64,000 nt of DNA, from positions 1,488,001 through 1,552,000 of the forward strand of contig JANJGN010000075.1 in assembly GCA_026770705.1 (NCBI GenBank). The letters are read 5' to 3'. Positions within the stretch are counted from its first letter, which is position 1; each line of letters starts with the position of its first letter. The translations under genes were made by a program, and so were the position numbers. Below are positions 1 through 12,700 of the stretch, one piece after another. The notes under the pieces were generated by a model. It was not told where the DNA came from. It searched no databases and was given only the letters and a program-made list of their open reading frames with translations. The stretch is from Isurus oxyrinchus. Its lineage: Eukaryota.

Positions 1-1673
1 TTGAAATTCCCACAATCAGAATTGTCTTTTGTGCTCAAAAATTTGTCAGCGCGTCATGAATAATAACCGGCAGGGAATGTTGAGCAGTTTGCAGAAAACA
101 TTGAAAATGAAAGCTTAAAAGTTGCAGAGTAGGAAGTGTATCAGGAATTGCAGTTATACAAATTGCTAAATGAAGCGACGAAAGTTAACTCTCCTTTCAC
201 GCTCCAAGCAGGTGATTTCGGAAGGGATAGAATTGAAAAGTCAAAAGGTTAAGTGGAATGTGCGGCAAAACTAGTACCGAAAACAATGCTGGTCGGCGTA
301 GGATAAAAACACATGTACAGAGACAGTTGAGTGAGTCTAAAATATTTACCAGGATGATCGAAAAATGTCTAACATTCAGCAGGGGTTTAGAATCGCTGGG
401 CCTCATTGCTAATGAAAATGGGAGGCTGAGGGATTGGCTAATCGAGTTCTTTGAAACACAATCATATTTCTAGTTGTGGGAGATAGAAAAATCAGAGGCG
501 ATGAACACGGTAGCTCCCTCGTGAAGCAATAGTGTGATATGAATGTAATAATCTGAAAGAAAAAGACGAAAGACTTGCATTCATGAAATAATTTACACAA
601 CCAATGGACGCCTCCAAAGCGCTTTGCAATTGTTATGGATCTGATTTTCCAGAGAGGTTAATCATTAGAAACACCAAACTTAATTTACGGACTGCAGCAG
701 CAGTCACATGCTTCCATCAATCTCCACAACTCGGAGAACTCCCATTCTAAGGTCCCCCGGGATCATTTTCATCATCCAAGGTAGCAGATGGAGCCTTTCT
801 TTGCAGATCGACGCAGCAGTGCAGCGCCCCCTCAGTGCTGCACTGTTATGCCAGCTTTGTTTTTCGTCCGGAAACCCGGGCGTTGGACTTCAACTGGGAA
901 TGTTTACCCAGATATGCTGGGATTATGGAACACGCCCTGGGAGTGGTCGACCCGAAACATTTAGAAGTTTTTAAGAGGAGGCTGGGTGAAATATGAGGCA
1001 TAAGTGAGGTTTAAACTGACTGACTTGAAGCAAAGAAACCTAGAATATAGGAGCAGACGTAGATCATTCGGCTCTTAAAACCTACTCCACCATTCAATCT
1101 GATCAAGGCTGATTACTTATCTCAACTCCATACTCTCTCTTTCGCTCCATAACACTTGACACTTTTAGATTCTATAATTCTATTTCCTTCTTAAATATAT
1201 TTAGTAATTTGTCCTTCACAGCCATCTGTGGGAGAGCATTTCAGAGCTTCAACGCACTGAGTGAAGAAGTTTCTCCTTTGCTCAGTCTTAAGTGGTCTCC
1301 CCTGTGCGTTGAGCCTGTAACACCTTGCCACATCATATTGAATTTGTGATGCTGGTAAGCATAGAGAGCCACTCAGAGTCAATCTGCTACTCATTCCCGG
1401 GGAAAAACCTGCAGGATCTATTTCCTGGATTGAGAAGAACATGGGGCTGAAAGACCAATTTTGGAAGTGTGTTCGCTCCATCACGAGCTATCTAAGGCCT
1501 CTTTGTGCTGGTTGAAGATTAGTTGCTCCCATCTGTTGGCAGCGAGGGTTACTTAATGAAGCATCCTCGAGAAAACAGACCTACCATAGACATCAAACTC
1601 TTCCCTGAAAGGGACAAATGTTGTCAGCACTTACTCATCAATGTTATTTTTAACATGTTTTGGTTTTATTTAG

Positions 1674-1714
1674 ACGCTGATCTTATCCTACAAACAAATC
1701 CGAAGGGAGAAGAT
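1674..1714 (+). other. Candidate small internal exon of an upstream gene
   Basis: ttttggttttatttag| ... GAT|gtaagt; open in two frames (DADLILQTNPKGED or TLILSYKQIRREK). Confidence 0.4.
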
Positions 1715-1729
1715 GTAAGTTGCAATTGG

Positions 1730-2272
1730 TGCTGTGGGCGGTTGAGGAGTTGGGCGTTCTGTGGGCGGCGGAGGGGGGGGGGGGGTGTTGCTGTGGGCGG
1801 TTGAGAGGTTGGGGGTGCTGTGGGCGGTTGAGGGGTTGGGGGTGCTGTGGGCGGTTGAGGGGTTGGGGGTGCTGTGGGCGGTTGAGGGGTGGGTGGTTGC
1901 TGTGGGCGGCTGAGGGGGGAGCGGGTTGCTGTGGGCGGCTGAGGGGAGAGTGGATTGCTGTGGTCGGCTGAGGGTGGGGGGATGGCTGTGGGCGGTTGAG
2001 GGTGGGGGGGGTGGCTGTGGGCGGCTGAGGGTGGGGGGGGGTGGCTGTGGGCGGCTGAGGGTGGGGGGGGTGGTGGCTGTGGGCGGCTGAGGGTGGGGGG
2101 GGGTGGCTGTGGGCGGCTGAGGGTGGGGGGGGTTTGCTGTGGGCGGCTGAGGGTGGGGGGGGGTTTGCTGTGGGCGGCTGAGGGTGGGGGGGGTTGCTGT
2201 GGGCGGCTGAGGCGGGGTGGGGTTGCTGTGGGCGGCTGAGGGGATGGGTGCTGTGGGTGGTTGAGGGGGCGG
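1730..2272. repeat. G-rich minisatellite, ~27-30-bp unit (gctgtgggcggctgagggtggggggg)
   Basis: About 18-19 directly repeated units; accounts for the Pro-rich ORF 1688-2401. Confidence 0.95.
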
Positions 2273-2460
2273 TGCTATGAGCAGATGGGTTGTCTGTGTG
2301 TGTGTGAGCGGGCTCTGCGGTGTGAGTTGTGTGTGCCTCAGTATCTGTGCGAATGTGGGTGCATACATGTGGGTGGAAGCTTGAGGGAGTGGAGTGTGCA
2401 CGGGTCAGGGGGCAATTTTGTCTATCCTCTGATGATCTTTTGTCTATTTTGCTCCTTCAG

Positions 2461-2474
2461 ACACCTGGAAGGAT
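2461..2474 (+). other. Candidate 14-nt micro-exon of an upstream gene
   Basis: Strong acceptor cttttgtctattttgctccttcag and donor AT|gtgagc. Confidence 0.35.
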
Positions 2475-3039
2475 GTGAGCAATATTTTGCTTCATTCACC
2501 CTCTGAGTCCTTGTTCTCTTTTTTAATGTCATTATCGACTTGTCCGTTGGTAAATGTTTAATTGAACAAATGTATTTTCGATCACAGCTTTAATACATTT
2601 AAAATTGCCACTGAAATGCATGCGGGAGAGAGAATCCAACTGAACAATATTTGTCTCAGTGGATTGAACAGCCGAACCTCATTTGGGCACGAATCTTTGA
2701 AAAAGAAGTGAAGAGTTGCTCCTTGTGCAGGCCATGAAGTAAATTGAAAGTTTAGATGTCGTTTTTGCAGCTGTATATCTTAAATATAGCCCCATAGAAC
2801 CGGGTACAGGCACTGTTCAAATGTTACTGTTATTGCTCCTATATGGATTGTGTGTGGAATACAAGAAACATTATTATCGAAGCAAGTCATATTTCTACTT
2901 CCCAGACTGAACAAGTGTGAAATTCCAATGTCCAGCACCATGCATTAATGTATTCTAACCTGGAAATTGTTTTGCCTCGATTTTTTGATGCTGCATTGAT
3001 AAAAGTAGAAACATTTACTGTGAGATAAAATGGTAGCTG

Positions 3040-3620
3040 ATAGGGCTTTGGTGAGACCACGCGTGTGCGGTCCTGATCTTAATATTTATGGAGCGGACGT
3101 ATTTGCATTGGAAGCAGTTCAAAGAAATTTCACTAAGCTGATCCCTGGTTTGAGAGCCTAAACTTATGAGGAAAGGTGGATCAGGTTGGGCCTATACAAA
3201 CTTCGGTTCAGGCGAAAGTGTGATCATCAAATTGGAATCAAATTGATTCTAGTGGGGTGATGGAGCTTGACACGGTGGATACTCAGAGGATACTGCCACA
3301 CCAAGGAGAAAATAGACCTGGGGGAGGGGGTGGGAGTTAAAAATAAGGTGTCTCCCATGCATAACCGAGGAGGAATTTTTTTTATCTCAGTGAATCGGTA
3401 GTCTGTGAAATTATCTCCTCCAGAGAGCAGCAGAGGCTGGGTCAGTGAATGTACTAATGGCTGAGTTAGATGGAATTTACACTGCCAAAGGAGTGAAGAG
3501 TGATGGGGAGGGATCGGAATGTGGAGTTAAGGACGCAATCAGATTATCTATGACCTTTTCGAAGGGCAGAACATTATCGAGGGACCGAATAGCCTACTCC
3601 TAATCTAATACCTTGTGCTT
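3040..3620 (+). mobile_element. CR1-type LINE 3' fragment
   Basis: Degenerate LEAVQRxFTxLIPG..L.YEER coding remnant followed by the typical 3' tail (gggaccgaatagcctactcct). Confidence 0.7.
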
Positions 3621-4017
3621 TTATATTCTTCTGGTGATCGGGAATCGGCCTAACAATGCACATCCCGAGAGTATCCCTTCCCAATGAAGTGAAAAAAGCT
3701 TGTGCGGGGAATGGGGGTGGGGGTGGGTGCGGGTTGGCGGGGTGGGGAGTAGTGGTGTTTCGTAGGGGTGGGGTACTTATCGCTCAGGTCGTAAACTCCT
3801 AAATTTTTCGGAATCTCCTGTTTCCCTGCCTTTGCTGGTGAGTCCCTACTTGTTAGTACAAGAAACAGCTCCCCTCTGTGCAAATAGCTTCACTGGGAAA
3901 AGGAACAAGAAGCAGACAGTCAATCACCTTTGACATTGAGGTCTGCTTCATATTAACATCTGATCACAAGACCAAGCCCGCTGCTGAGTTTTTTCCTCTT
4001 TCTGCTCACATTTTAAG

Positions 4018-4668
4018 ACGATTGCTGAATTTCTGACCAATTGCACGATTGCTTTCATCATCAGTGTCAGCGAGATACCAGCCATGCCCAGAGTGAGGAG
4101 TGCACCCTCTACGCAGCGGTGAAGCTGTAGAACAATCCCAGAGGTCCCGGGCCCTCAGCGAGAAGCCCAGTGCCGATCTGCTTAATGACCATGAACGAGC
4201 CACCCTGTTCCACGATTATGCAAGGAAACTCTTGATCTACAGCTAGTTTTAACGACAACTCCAAGCTCAGGTTATGTTCTAGCCCATTCACTGAATAGCT
4301 GTCCCTGGGCGCCGGTCCCGTCTGAGACGAGTGCCAGAATGAAGATGCGGAGAGATGGATCAGGCGACGCTTATGGAATGGGACTGATTTCAACCACTGG
4401 TACCGATGATGACCTGCCCTTTACCAACTGCCTGATTATTCCCTTCCTCCGCCAGATTACATTCTCTGTGCTAAGATTAGGCAATTCTCCACGCCCACAA
4501 ACTGAAGGCCAAAATCCATTGCCATTTCAGAGCGGGGTTTTACTCATGTTGGTTGCTGGGGAAGCGATTTTTGTTATTGCTATAGTTAATAAAGATACTT
4601 TGGAAGCTATTTTAATTTTATCCCAGTCTGGTTATAAAGCAATCCCGCGCTTTCATTTTCGCAATAAA
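4018..4668 (+). other. Candidate terminal exon/3'UTR of an upstream receptor gene ending ...EECTLYAAVKL*
   Basis: Pyrimidine tract and AG at 4017, frame ending TLYAAVKL-TAG at 4130, AATAAA at 4663-4668. The frame from the 4017 acceptor is broken by TGA at 4026. Confidence 0.35.
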
Positions 4669-5556
4669 TACATTACAATTTGACGACTGGCCTTGTCCTG
4701 ATTTTACTCGAATCACTGGAAGAGAGAAAGGCGGTTCCATCCGGATCAGCTCTCAGACCAGCATTTATATTAACGATTTAGACATTGTTGTTATTAACGT
4801 TTTTTCTTGACTGCGCGACATGAAATAGGGAGGCAGGGCCAGCACTGATTTGCACAGCAACACATTCCACAGCAGAGCAATGAACTGGCAGAGTGGGCCC
4901 TGGGGTTCATCTCCAGCCCAGGACTGAGGGCTCAGGCAGCGATACCACCCACCCCCACCACACCCCTCCTCCCACACTCACCGAGGCCTGGTGGACCTAC
5001 ACTTCTCACCCTTCGCGGAGAGTGGGGCTTATCCAACCCATAGACCCCACAACAGCTTCCCCCCCCCCCCCTCCATGGGAGTCTCTGTGTCTAATACCCC
5101 ACCACTATAGAGTCTGACTGTGACAAGATTATACTTTCTAAAACAAAATACGAATGTCATTTTTAAGGAATACCATTCCATTTCAGGGTGATCCCGGATC
5201 TGTGAGCAACGCAGGATAGGACCGGATGGTGTGATCAAGGGGTCCAGCCAGTTCTGATCAAGCCCTTTTGCGCCAGAGCCTTTAAGCTGTGTCCTGAGGA
5301 ATTGAGGAAGCGGAGAAGAGGGAAGGACCAGGCTGAGATAGAGAGAGAGGAAAGAGAGACTATGTTTATTGGGTTCGAGAGCATCAAAGATCAAAGGATG
5401 GAAGCATTTTAGAGAACGCGTATGGAAGAAATGTGTCCAAGTGAAAAGACGCAGATGAACCTGGACTATCGACTCATTTAACCCGCCGAAGCGGGTTGTC
5501 CGGTGTTGTCTTTAATTTACATCTAACGCATGTTTAAATTTTGACAGCTGGTAACA

Positions 5557-5615
5557 TAGAGATGCCGAGGATCGAAGCATGCGAAGCATGCGCTTTACCA
5601 TAGACCTCCAATCCC
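5557..5615 (-). pseudogene. tRNA-Ala(CGC)-derived pseudogene, internally deleted
   Basis: gagatgccgaggatcgaa...catgcgaagcatgcgctttacca matches the reverse complement of vertebrate tRNA-Ala; the variable loop and part of the T stem are missing. Confidence 0.65.
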
Positions 5616-6029
5616 ATATCTCCATGCTTACTTCACTGTAATTTCGAAGTCTACACAGAGGCAGAGAATGTTATTGATCCTTGGAGATGCTTCAGTCATT
5701 GAGTCACTGTTTGTGAATCGACTCCATTTTCTCTGAGAGGCCGCTAACCTGTGGAATCCTCTTCCCCTGAGAGCAGTGGATGTTAAATATGTTCAAAGCT
5801 GATTAAGAGAGTCTGTGTTGCTTATAGTCAATGGATTCGAGGGGCATGTGTGCGGTTGGGGAAGGGTGGAGTGGGGTGGGGTGGGTTCGAGTGGGTGGGG
5901 TGGGGCTCAGACAGGGAAGTGGAGTTGAGACCCAAATCAGGTCAGCCATGTTCTTATAGAATGGTGGAGCAGGTTCGAGTACAGAACGTCCTACTCTTGC
6001 TCTTAATCCCCCCGGGGCAATTAGGGAAC

Positions 6030-6760
6030 CCAATTAGGAGCCGGAGTAAACCACTCGTTATGTCGAGCCGGTTCTGCAATTCAATCAGATCGCGGATGAT
6101 CTGATTGATAACCTAAATCCCAGATTCCCGCTAATGCCCGATTAAAGCTTTTCACCCCCTTGTTAATCAAGAAGCTAACCACGTCTGCCTTAAAAATATT
6201 CACAGTCTCGTCCTCCACTACCTTTTGAGGAAGAAAGTTCCAAAGTCTCACGACCCCCCGATAGAAATAAAAGCATTCTCCCCACCTTGGTCTAAAATGG
6301 GCGACCCATTATTTTCAAAGGGCGACCCCTAGTTCGAGATTCTCCCTCAAGAGGAAACACCCTCTCCACATCCGCCCTGTCTACATGCCTCAGGACCTCT
6401 TATGTTTCAATCAAGTCCCCTCTTACACTTCTAAACTCCAGTGGATGCATGCCAAGCTCTCCAGCCTTTCCTCATAAGACAAACCGCTCATTCCTGGTAT
6501 TAGTCTCGTAAACCTCCTCTGAACTTCTTCCAACATATTTACACACTTCCATAAATCAGGAGACCAGTACTGCACACAGTACTTCACACATAGACTCACC
6601 AATGCGCTATTCAACTGAAGTATGACCTCCCTATATTTGTACTCAAATCCCATCGCAATAAATTCTAACATTTTATTCGCTTTCCTAAACACTTGCTGAT
6701 CCTGCATAATTTTTTTGTGTGACTCATGCACCAGAACATCCGGATCTCACTGCATCTCTT
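6030..6760 (-). mobile_element. CR1-type LINE 3' fragment
   Basis: ORF 6423-6731 (YCVQYWSP...LEEVQRRFTRLIPGMSGLSYEERLESL) is the CR1 ORF2 C-terminus. Confidence 0.85.
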
Positions 6761-7089
6761 ACCATTTCGAAGATCTTGGCCCATTCGCCTGTCCTATCCA
6801 TAACCCTTTGTTGCCTCCTTATGTCCTTATCACCACTTACTTTCCCACCTACTTTTGTTCCAACAGCAAGATTAGCAACCATCCCTTCGGTCCTTTAGTC
6901 CCAGCTGTTCCTTTTTTCTCTCTTTTGAGTAATCAAATGAGAGTCAAAACAGATATGATGCGATGAATGGCCCCTTCCTGTGCTGTAACCACTGTTTCTT
7001 TCCTATATTTTGTGTATTCCTGCATTTTAAGGTTAATGGAATGAAACACGTCCTGTGTTCTATCAACAATTTGGATGGCATTTGGAAAG

Positions 7090-8015
7090 CCGTCGGCCAA
7101 AACACCTTCCGCTGCTTCATAAAGGACATTCCTTCCATCATAAGGTCAGGAATGGGGATGTTTGCTGACGATTGCACAATGTACAGCACCATTCATGACT
7201 CCTCAGGCACTGAAGCAGTCCAAATGAAGCAAGTTTCGGACAATATTAAGGCTTGAGTTGACAAGTGGCAAGTAACATTCAACCACAGAAGTCCCAGGCA
7301 GTGACCATCTGCAAGAAGAGAGAAGATAACCATCGTCCCTTGACGTGCAATAGCATTAGCATCGATGAATCCCCCACTATCAACACCCTGGGGGTTACAA
7401 TTGACCAGAAACTAAGCTGAAGTAGCCATAAAAGCTCAGGTCAGATGTTGAGAATCCAGCGGCGAGTAACTCACCTCGTGACACTACAAAGCCTGTCCAC
7501 TATCTGTAAAGCACAAGCGAAGAGTGTTGGAGTACTTCCCAACTGCCTGGGTGAGTGCAGCTCGAAAAACACTGAAGCAACTTGACAACATCCATGTCAA
7601 AGCAGCCCGCAAGTTTGGCACCACATCCAGAGTCATTCACTCGCTGCAACACCAAGAAACACTGGCAACAATGTGTACCACGTACAAAATGATCCGTAAA
7701 AACACACCAAGGCTCCATAGACAGCATCTTCCAAATCGACGGCCTCCAACATCTAGAAGGACAAGGGCAGCAGACACATGGGAACACCACCACCTGGAAG
7801 GTCCCCTCCCAGCCACTCACCGTCCTGACTTGGACATAGATCTGTCGTTCCTTCACTGTCGCTGTGTCAAATTCCAGGAACTGCCTCCTGAAGAGCGCTG
7901 TGGGTTTACCTACACCACATGGACTGCAGCGGACCAAGGGCACAGCTCACTACAAGCTTCTCAAGGGAAATAAGATTGGGCAATAAATGCTGGGCAGAAT
8001 CGGCCACGCCCACAT
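7090..8015 (+). mobile_element. LINE (CR1/HER1-like) RT and 3' end fragment
   Basis: RT catalytic motif MFADDCT at ~7158, then degenerate ORF2 and 3' tail gggcaataaatgctggg. Confidence 0.85.
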
Positions 8016-8029
8016 GAGTGACAAAAGCG

Positions 8030-8087
8030 TGGAGATGGCGGGCCTCCTACATGTTAAGGATGCGCTCTATCACTGAGCTAAATCCAC
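8030..8087 (-). pseudogene. tRNA-Ala(AGC-like)-derived pseudogene lacking the T-arm
   Basis: tggagatg...ggcctcctacatgttaaggatgcgctctatcactgagctaaatcc resembles rc tRNA-Ala with the B-box deleted. Confidence 0.6.
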
Positions 8088-8679
8088 ATTAACCAGCTAT
8101 ACATTAAAACAACGAATGTAGGTAGGGAGAGAGGGCCCCTTTAGAGCTCCAGTCTTGTTTGTTCTTCAACTTAAGCCATGAATGATTTGCAATCTGAATG
8201 CATTTAACCGCCATTGTATCATTTTGCTGGACGAACAGGCACGGTAAGTTTACCTTTGTCTCAGTGGTGTGACATTTCTGACTGAGATATGGGCCATTTG
8301 AAAACATTGGCTGGATGTCCGGAACTCAAGGAGACTGTGCAAAAAAAAAGTCCAGGATCTCTGGATCTTGATCTGACAATGGGATCTGTGGCCAATGCCT
8401 TTGGGTCTGAAGCTGAGGGGATTTAAGATAACCCGTACACGGTTTTTTCCAATTGGCAGCCTGTGGCTGCCTATATTTTGCTGTCATAACAGCACAGTGA
8501 GTACTTAGCGAGGCAAATGGTAAGTTGGGCTTGAGTGGCAGAGAAGTTTTTTACCGGAGTAGATAAGACTAATGAGAATTGCATCAATTCTTGGAAACAT
8601 GGGATTTTGGAAAAGTTTTGCTCTCACGACCGATGTGAGGGTTTACGTGACACAGAGGCAGAGCAACGAAAACGGCTGT

Positions 8680-9520
8680 TTGTCGTATGAAGAGATATGG
8701 AGGGGAGTGGGCCTGTATTCTCTCGAGTGATTTCATCGGTGCACACAACATTCTTACCGGGCTCAACAAGTTCGATGCAGGAAGCATGGTTCCTCTGGTT
8801 GGCGGGTCTGGAACCAGGAGACACCGTCTCAGAATAAGGGACACGCCATTAAGGACTGAGATGTGGAGGGATTCACTCACTCAGAGGGTGATGAATATTT
8901 ACAACCTCTCTCCCAGAGGGATGCAGAGGCTCAGTTATCGCGTGTTTTCTAAACAGATTTCAAGATATTAAAAACATCAGGGGACATGTGGATAGTGCAG
9001 CAAAATCCTGTTGAGGTACAAGATCAGCCATGAGTTGGAGGCGGTTCAGAGGAGGTTTATTAGATTTTGACCTGGAATGAGCGGGTTGTCATATGAGGGA
9101 AGAATGGATAGACTGGGCTTGTTTCCACTGGAGTTTAGAAGAGCAAGGGGTTGCTTCATTTAATTGCATCAGATCCTGAATTGTCTGCAAAAGTTGAATG
9201 TGGAAAGAATGTTTCTGCTGGTGAGAGAGTCTAGAACCAGGGGGCCCTGTTTTAAACTTCGGGATCGACCTTTTAGGACAGAGATGTGGAGATTATCTTT
9301 TTCTCTCAGAAGGCTGTGAGATGTTGGAACTCTCTGTCTCCGATGGGGTCACTACATACTTTTAAGGCGGAGGTACATAGAATCTAATTAGCAAGGGAGT
9401 CAGTGGTTTTCTGGCGTACATGGGAATGTGAAATTCGAAGCACAAACATATGAGTCAGGGCCTTTTTTAATTTTATTGATGAGCCGAATGGCCTGCTTCT
9501 GCATTTATTTCGTATGATCG
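8680..9520 (+). mobile_element. Two adjacent CR1 3' fragments
   Basis: LEAVQRRFIR..PGMSGLSYEGR remnant at ~9035 and typical 3' tails. Confidence 0.7.
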
Positions 9521-9749
9521 TGCGATTTATTTAATTGTGCAACAGGCTTGTTTGCTGAATGACCTTCTCCTGCTCATATAAACTCTTCTACTCTGTTCTC
9601 ACACGTGAGAAAATCATGCTCCCTACCACAGAACCACACCCCAGATGATCCAGCCGCTTACTTTAGTAATAAACACCTGTTGAATTCTATGACAATGTGA
9701 AGAAGAGGCCATTCAGCCTTTCCAACCTTGGCGACCATGAAATGGCGAC

Positions 9750-12700
9750 TCTGTGACCTAACTACAGGTCTGACGTTGGGAGTTTCAGGGAGGTTCAGTA
9801 ACTGGGTGGCTGGGTCTGGGCAGAGGATGATGGCGAGTGAACGCTGCAAAATGGATTGAAATTTGCAGCGGGTTCTCGGCTGGTGCATTCGCCTCTTTAG
9901 CAGGGGATACTGTCCAAGAGCTCTGCTCCTCTTTCCTTGTTGGATACATTGTCGGGAGATGATGTTTGGGGAATTATTCAAGGTGGCAATGTGGGCGTTA
10001 TATACCGATTTCAGGCACTGGTCCCAGTGTCAGGATAACTTTACAATGCTCTGTAAATCCTCAGCATATCATTGTCAATGTTTAGCCCCACACCCTTCAC
10101 CACCCCACCCCTGCAGCCGCCCCCCCTCCACTGACACACACTGCATCTTGGTAAAAGTTTCTAATGAATACAATCCCAGGATAATTTTCTCCATTTCTCA
10201 CACCGGCTCTTTACCCCAGGAACAAACATTGGAAACACCCACGTTAATGGGGCGGAATTTACTTTTTACATCTTTACCACCTTTATTCACCTTGTCTCTG
10301 TGCCGAGTAAGGAGAGAAGATTTATACTGACCTTTCCCATTTTGCAGCTCTTGTCCTGTGATCCTGTGGGTTACAGTGATACAGCCAGACGGGCAGAGTT
10401 GAAGTGAAATACCCCACTTCCACTCTTGACCGCCCCACCCCCAAACATTTTACCCCGCCAGTTCTAAACCTCTCCCAAATTCACTAACAGAATTGTCAGC
10501 GAGTCTCCCTTTCGAACACTGGCGTCGACTCTGGTGAATCAGGCGGATCTTCCTAACCGCACAATAAACACACAAAGTCTCATTGATTCCCCTCATTATT
10601 TTTGGAGCTGTTAAAGCCCCAAATATAATCACCACACCCCTAAAACCCCCAAACAATAAATGGATTACTAAAAAAAACAAATATAATCTCCACACATTCA
10701 CCCGTAAATGAATAAATTGATAATGGCGGAGATGGAAAGTGAAAGTTAAACTCTCCACAGGTTGAGGAACTTTCCTGAGCTGAAAGGGATCCAATGCCAC
10801 CATCTGTTGGCGGAGCACGGCTACTGCAGGCGCTGCTCTTTGCCAGTCTCAGAGAGATTCAGTCATTGGCTGGCTGCGTCTAGGGACAGGCTGATGGGGT
10901 TTGAACACTGCAAAGGGAATTGAAATTTCCAGCAGGCGATCGACTGGCGCATTCGCCCCATGAGCTGTGCTCTTCTTTCCCCATTGCGTCGGATATTGTC
11001 TGGAGATGGTGTTTGTGAGATTATTCCAGGCTGCAAGGTGGACGTTTGGTGCCGATTTCAGACACTGCTCCCAGTGTTAGGATAACTTTGCTGTGATCTG
11101 CAAATCCTCAGAAAGACATTGTCAATATTTAATCCCACACAATTCATCTTGCTATAGGTTTCTGATGGATACGTTCCCAGGATAATTTTCTCAAATTTTC
11201 ACCCCATTCCTTATCACAGAAACAAGCAGTGGAAACACCCACATTGTATGGGACGAGATGTAGTTTTTACATTTTACCACCTTTATTCACTCTGTGTCGG
11301 TGCCGGCCCAGTAGAGATGATTTAAACAGGCCTTTCCCATTTTGCAGCTCTGGCCCTGTTAACCTGTGGATTGCAGTGATACAGTCGGTCGAAATACAAA
11401 TGCCCCACCTCCACTTCCCGCTCATCCGCCCCAACCTATTTACCCTCCCAGATCTAAACCTCACCCATAGTCTCTAATGGAATTTTCAGCAAGAGTCTCC
11501 CTTTCGAAAATCCGGCTTTGACTCTGGTGAAACAAGTGAATTTTCCCCACCACACAATAAACACACAGAGTCTAAATGATATTTCAATTACTTCTGGAGC
11601 TGTTAAAGCCCCAAATATAATCCCACATCTTCACCCCACCCACCAGTAAATGTTTTATGAAGACTCAAATATAATCTCCACACATTCACCTCCCCCTCCC
11701 AGTAATTGTTTTAATCAGCCTAAAATACAACATCCACTCATTCAAGCCTCCAGTAAATATTTTATTAAGCCAATATTGTAAGGTCTTTACATTCATCCTC
11801 CCACAGTAAATTACTAAACTGGGGAGATGGAAAGTGAAATTTTAACTCTCCACAGGTTGGAGAAACTTTCCTGGGATAAAAGTTATCCAATGCCACCGTC
11901 TGTTGGCAGGTCACAGCAACTGCAGGCGCTTCTCTTTGCCAGTGTCAGAGAGTTTCAGTCACTGGCTGGCGAGATCTGGGCACAGGCTGATGAGGTGTGA
12001 TCGCTGCAAGGGATTGAAATTTGCAGCGGGCGCTCGACAGGTGCAACCGACTCTTTATCCCATGAACAAACATTGCAAACACCCACATTTTATGGGGTGG
12101 AATTTAATTTTTTTTCATTTTCATCACCTAATTCACCATGTGTCTGTGCTGGACCAGGAGAGACGTTTTATACAGATATTTCCCATTTTGCAGTCCTTGC
12201 CCTTTCATACTGTGGGTTACAGTGATACAGGCAGGCTGGCAGAGTCGAATTACAAATGTCCCACTTCCACTCCCGTACCCCTGCCCACTGCCCATTTACC
12301 CCGCCTGTTCTAAACCTCACCCAAAGTCTCTAACAGAACTGTCAGCGAGAATCTCCCTTTCGAAAACTGCCGTCGACTCTGGTGAAACAGGTGAATCTTT
12401 CCCACTGCACAATAAACACACACAGTCTCAATGATGCCTGCATTATATTTGGAGATGTTAAATCCCAAATAAAATCTCCACACATTCACCCGCCCGCGAA
12501 GTAAATGTTGTATTAGGGCATCAAATATAATCTCCACACATGCATCCTCCCCCATGAAAATGAATAAATTCATAATGGGGGCGATGGAAAGCGAAAGTTT
12601 AACTCTCCACAGGCTGGAAGAACATTCTGGAGATGAAAGTGATCCAATGCCACCATCTTTTGGCGTATCACTGCTACTGCAGGCGTTGCTCTTTGCCAAT

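Noticed and set aside
815-850. CTCF-like cagcgccccctcagtg
   Set aside because: Lies in a SINE-core fragment (rc of the cagtactgagggagtgctg repeat), so it is not distinctive
1688-2401. 237-aa Pro/Thr-rich ORF on the minus strand
   Set aside because: It is a translation of the G-rich minisatellite, with no independent gene signals
2771-2803. Possible extra tail exon (SVYLKYSPIEP, ITIM-like LKYSPI)
   Set aside because: Short pyrimidine tract and weak donor (gtacag); could easily be chance
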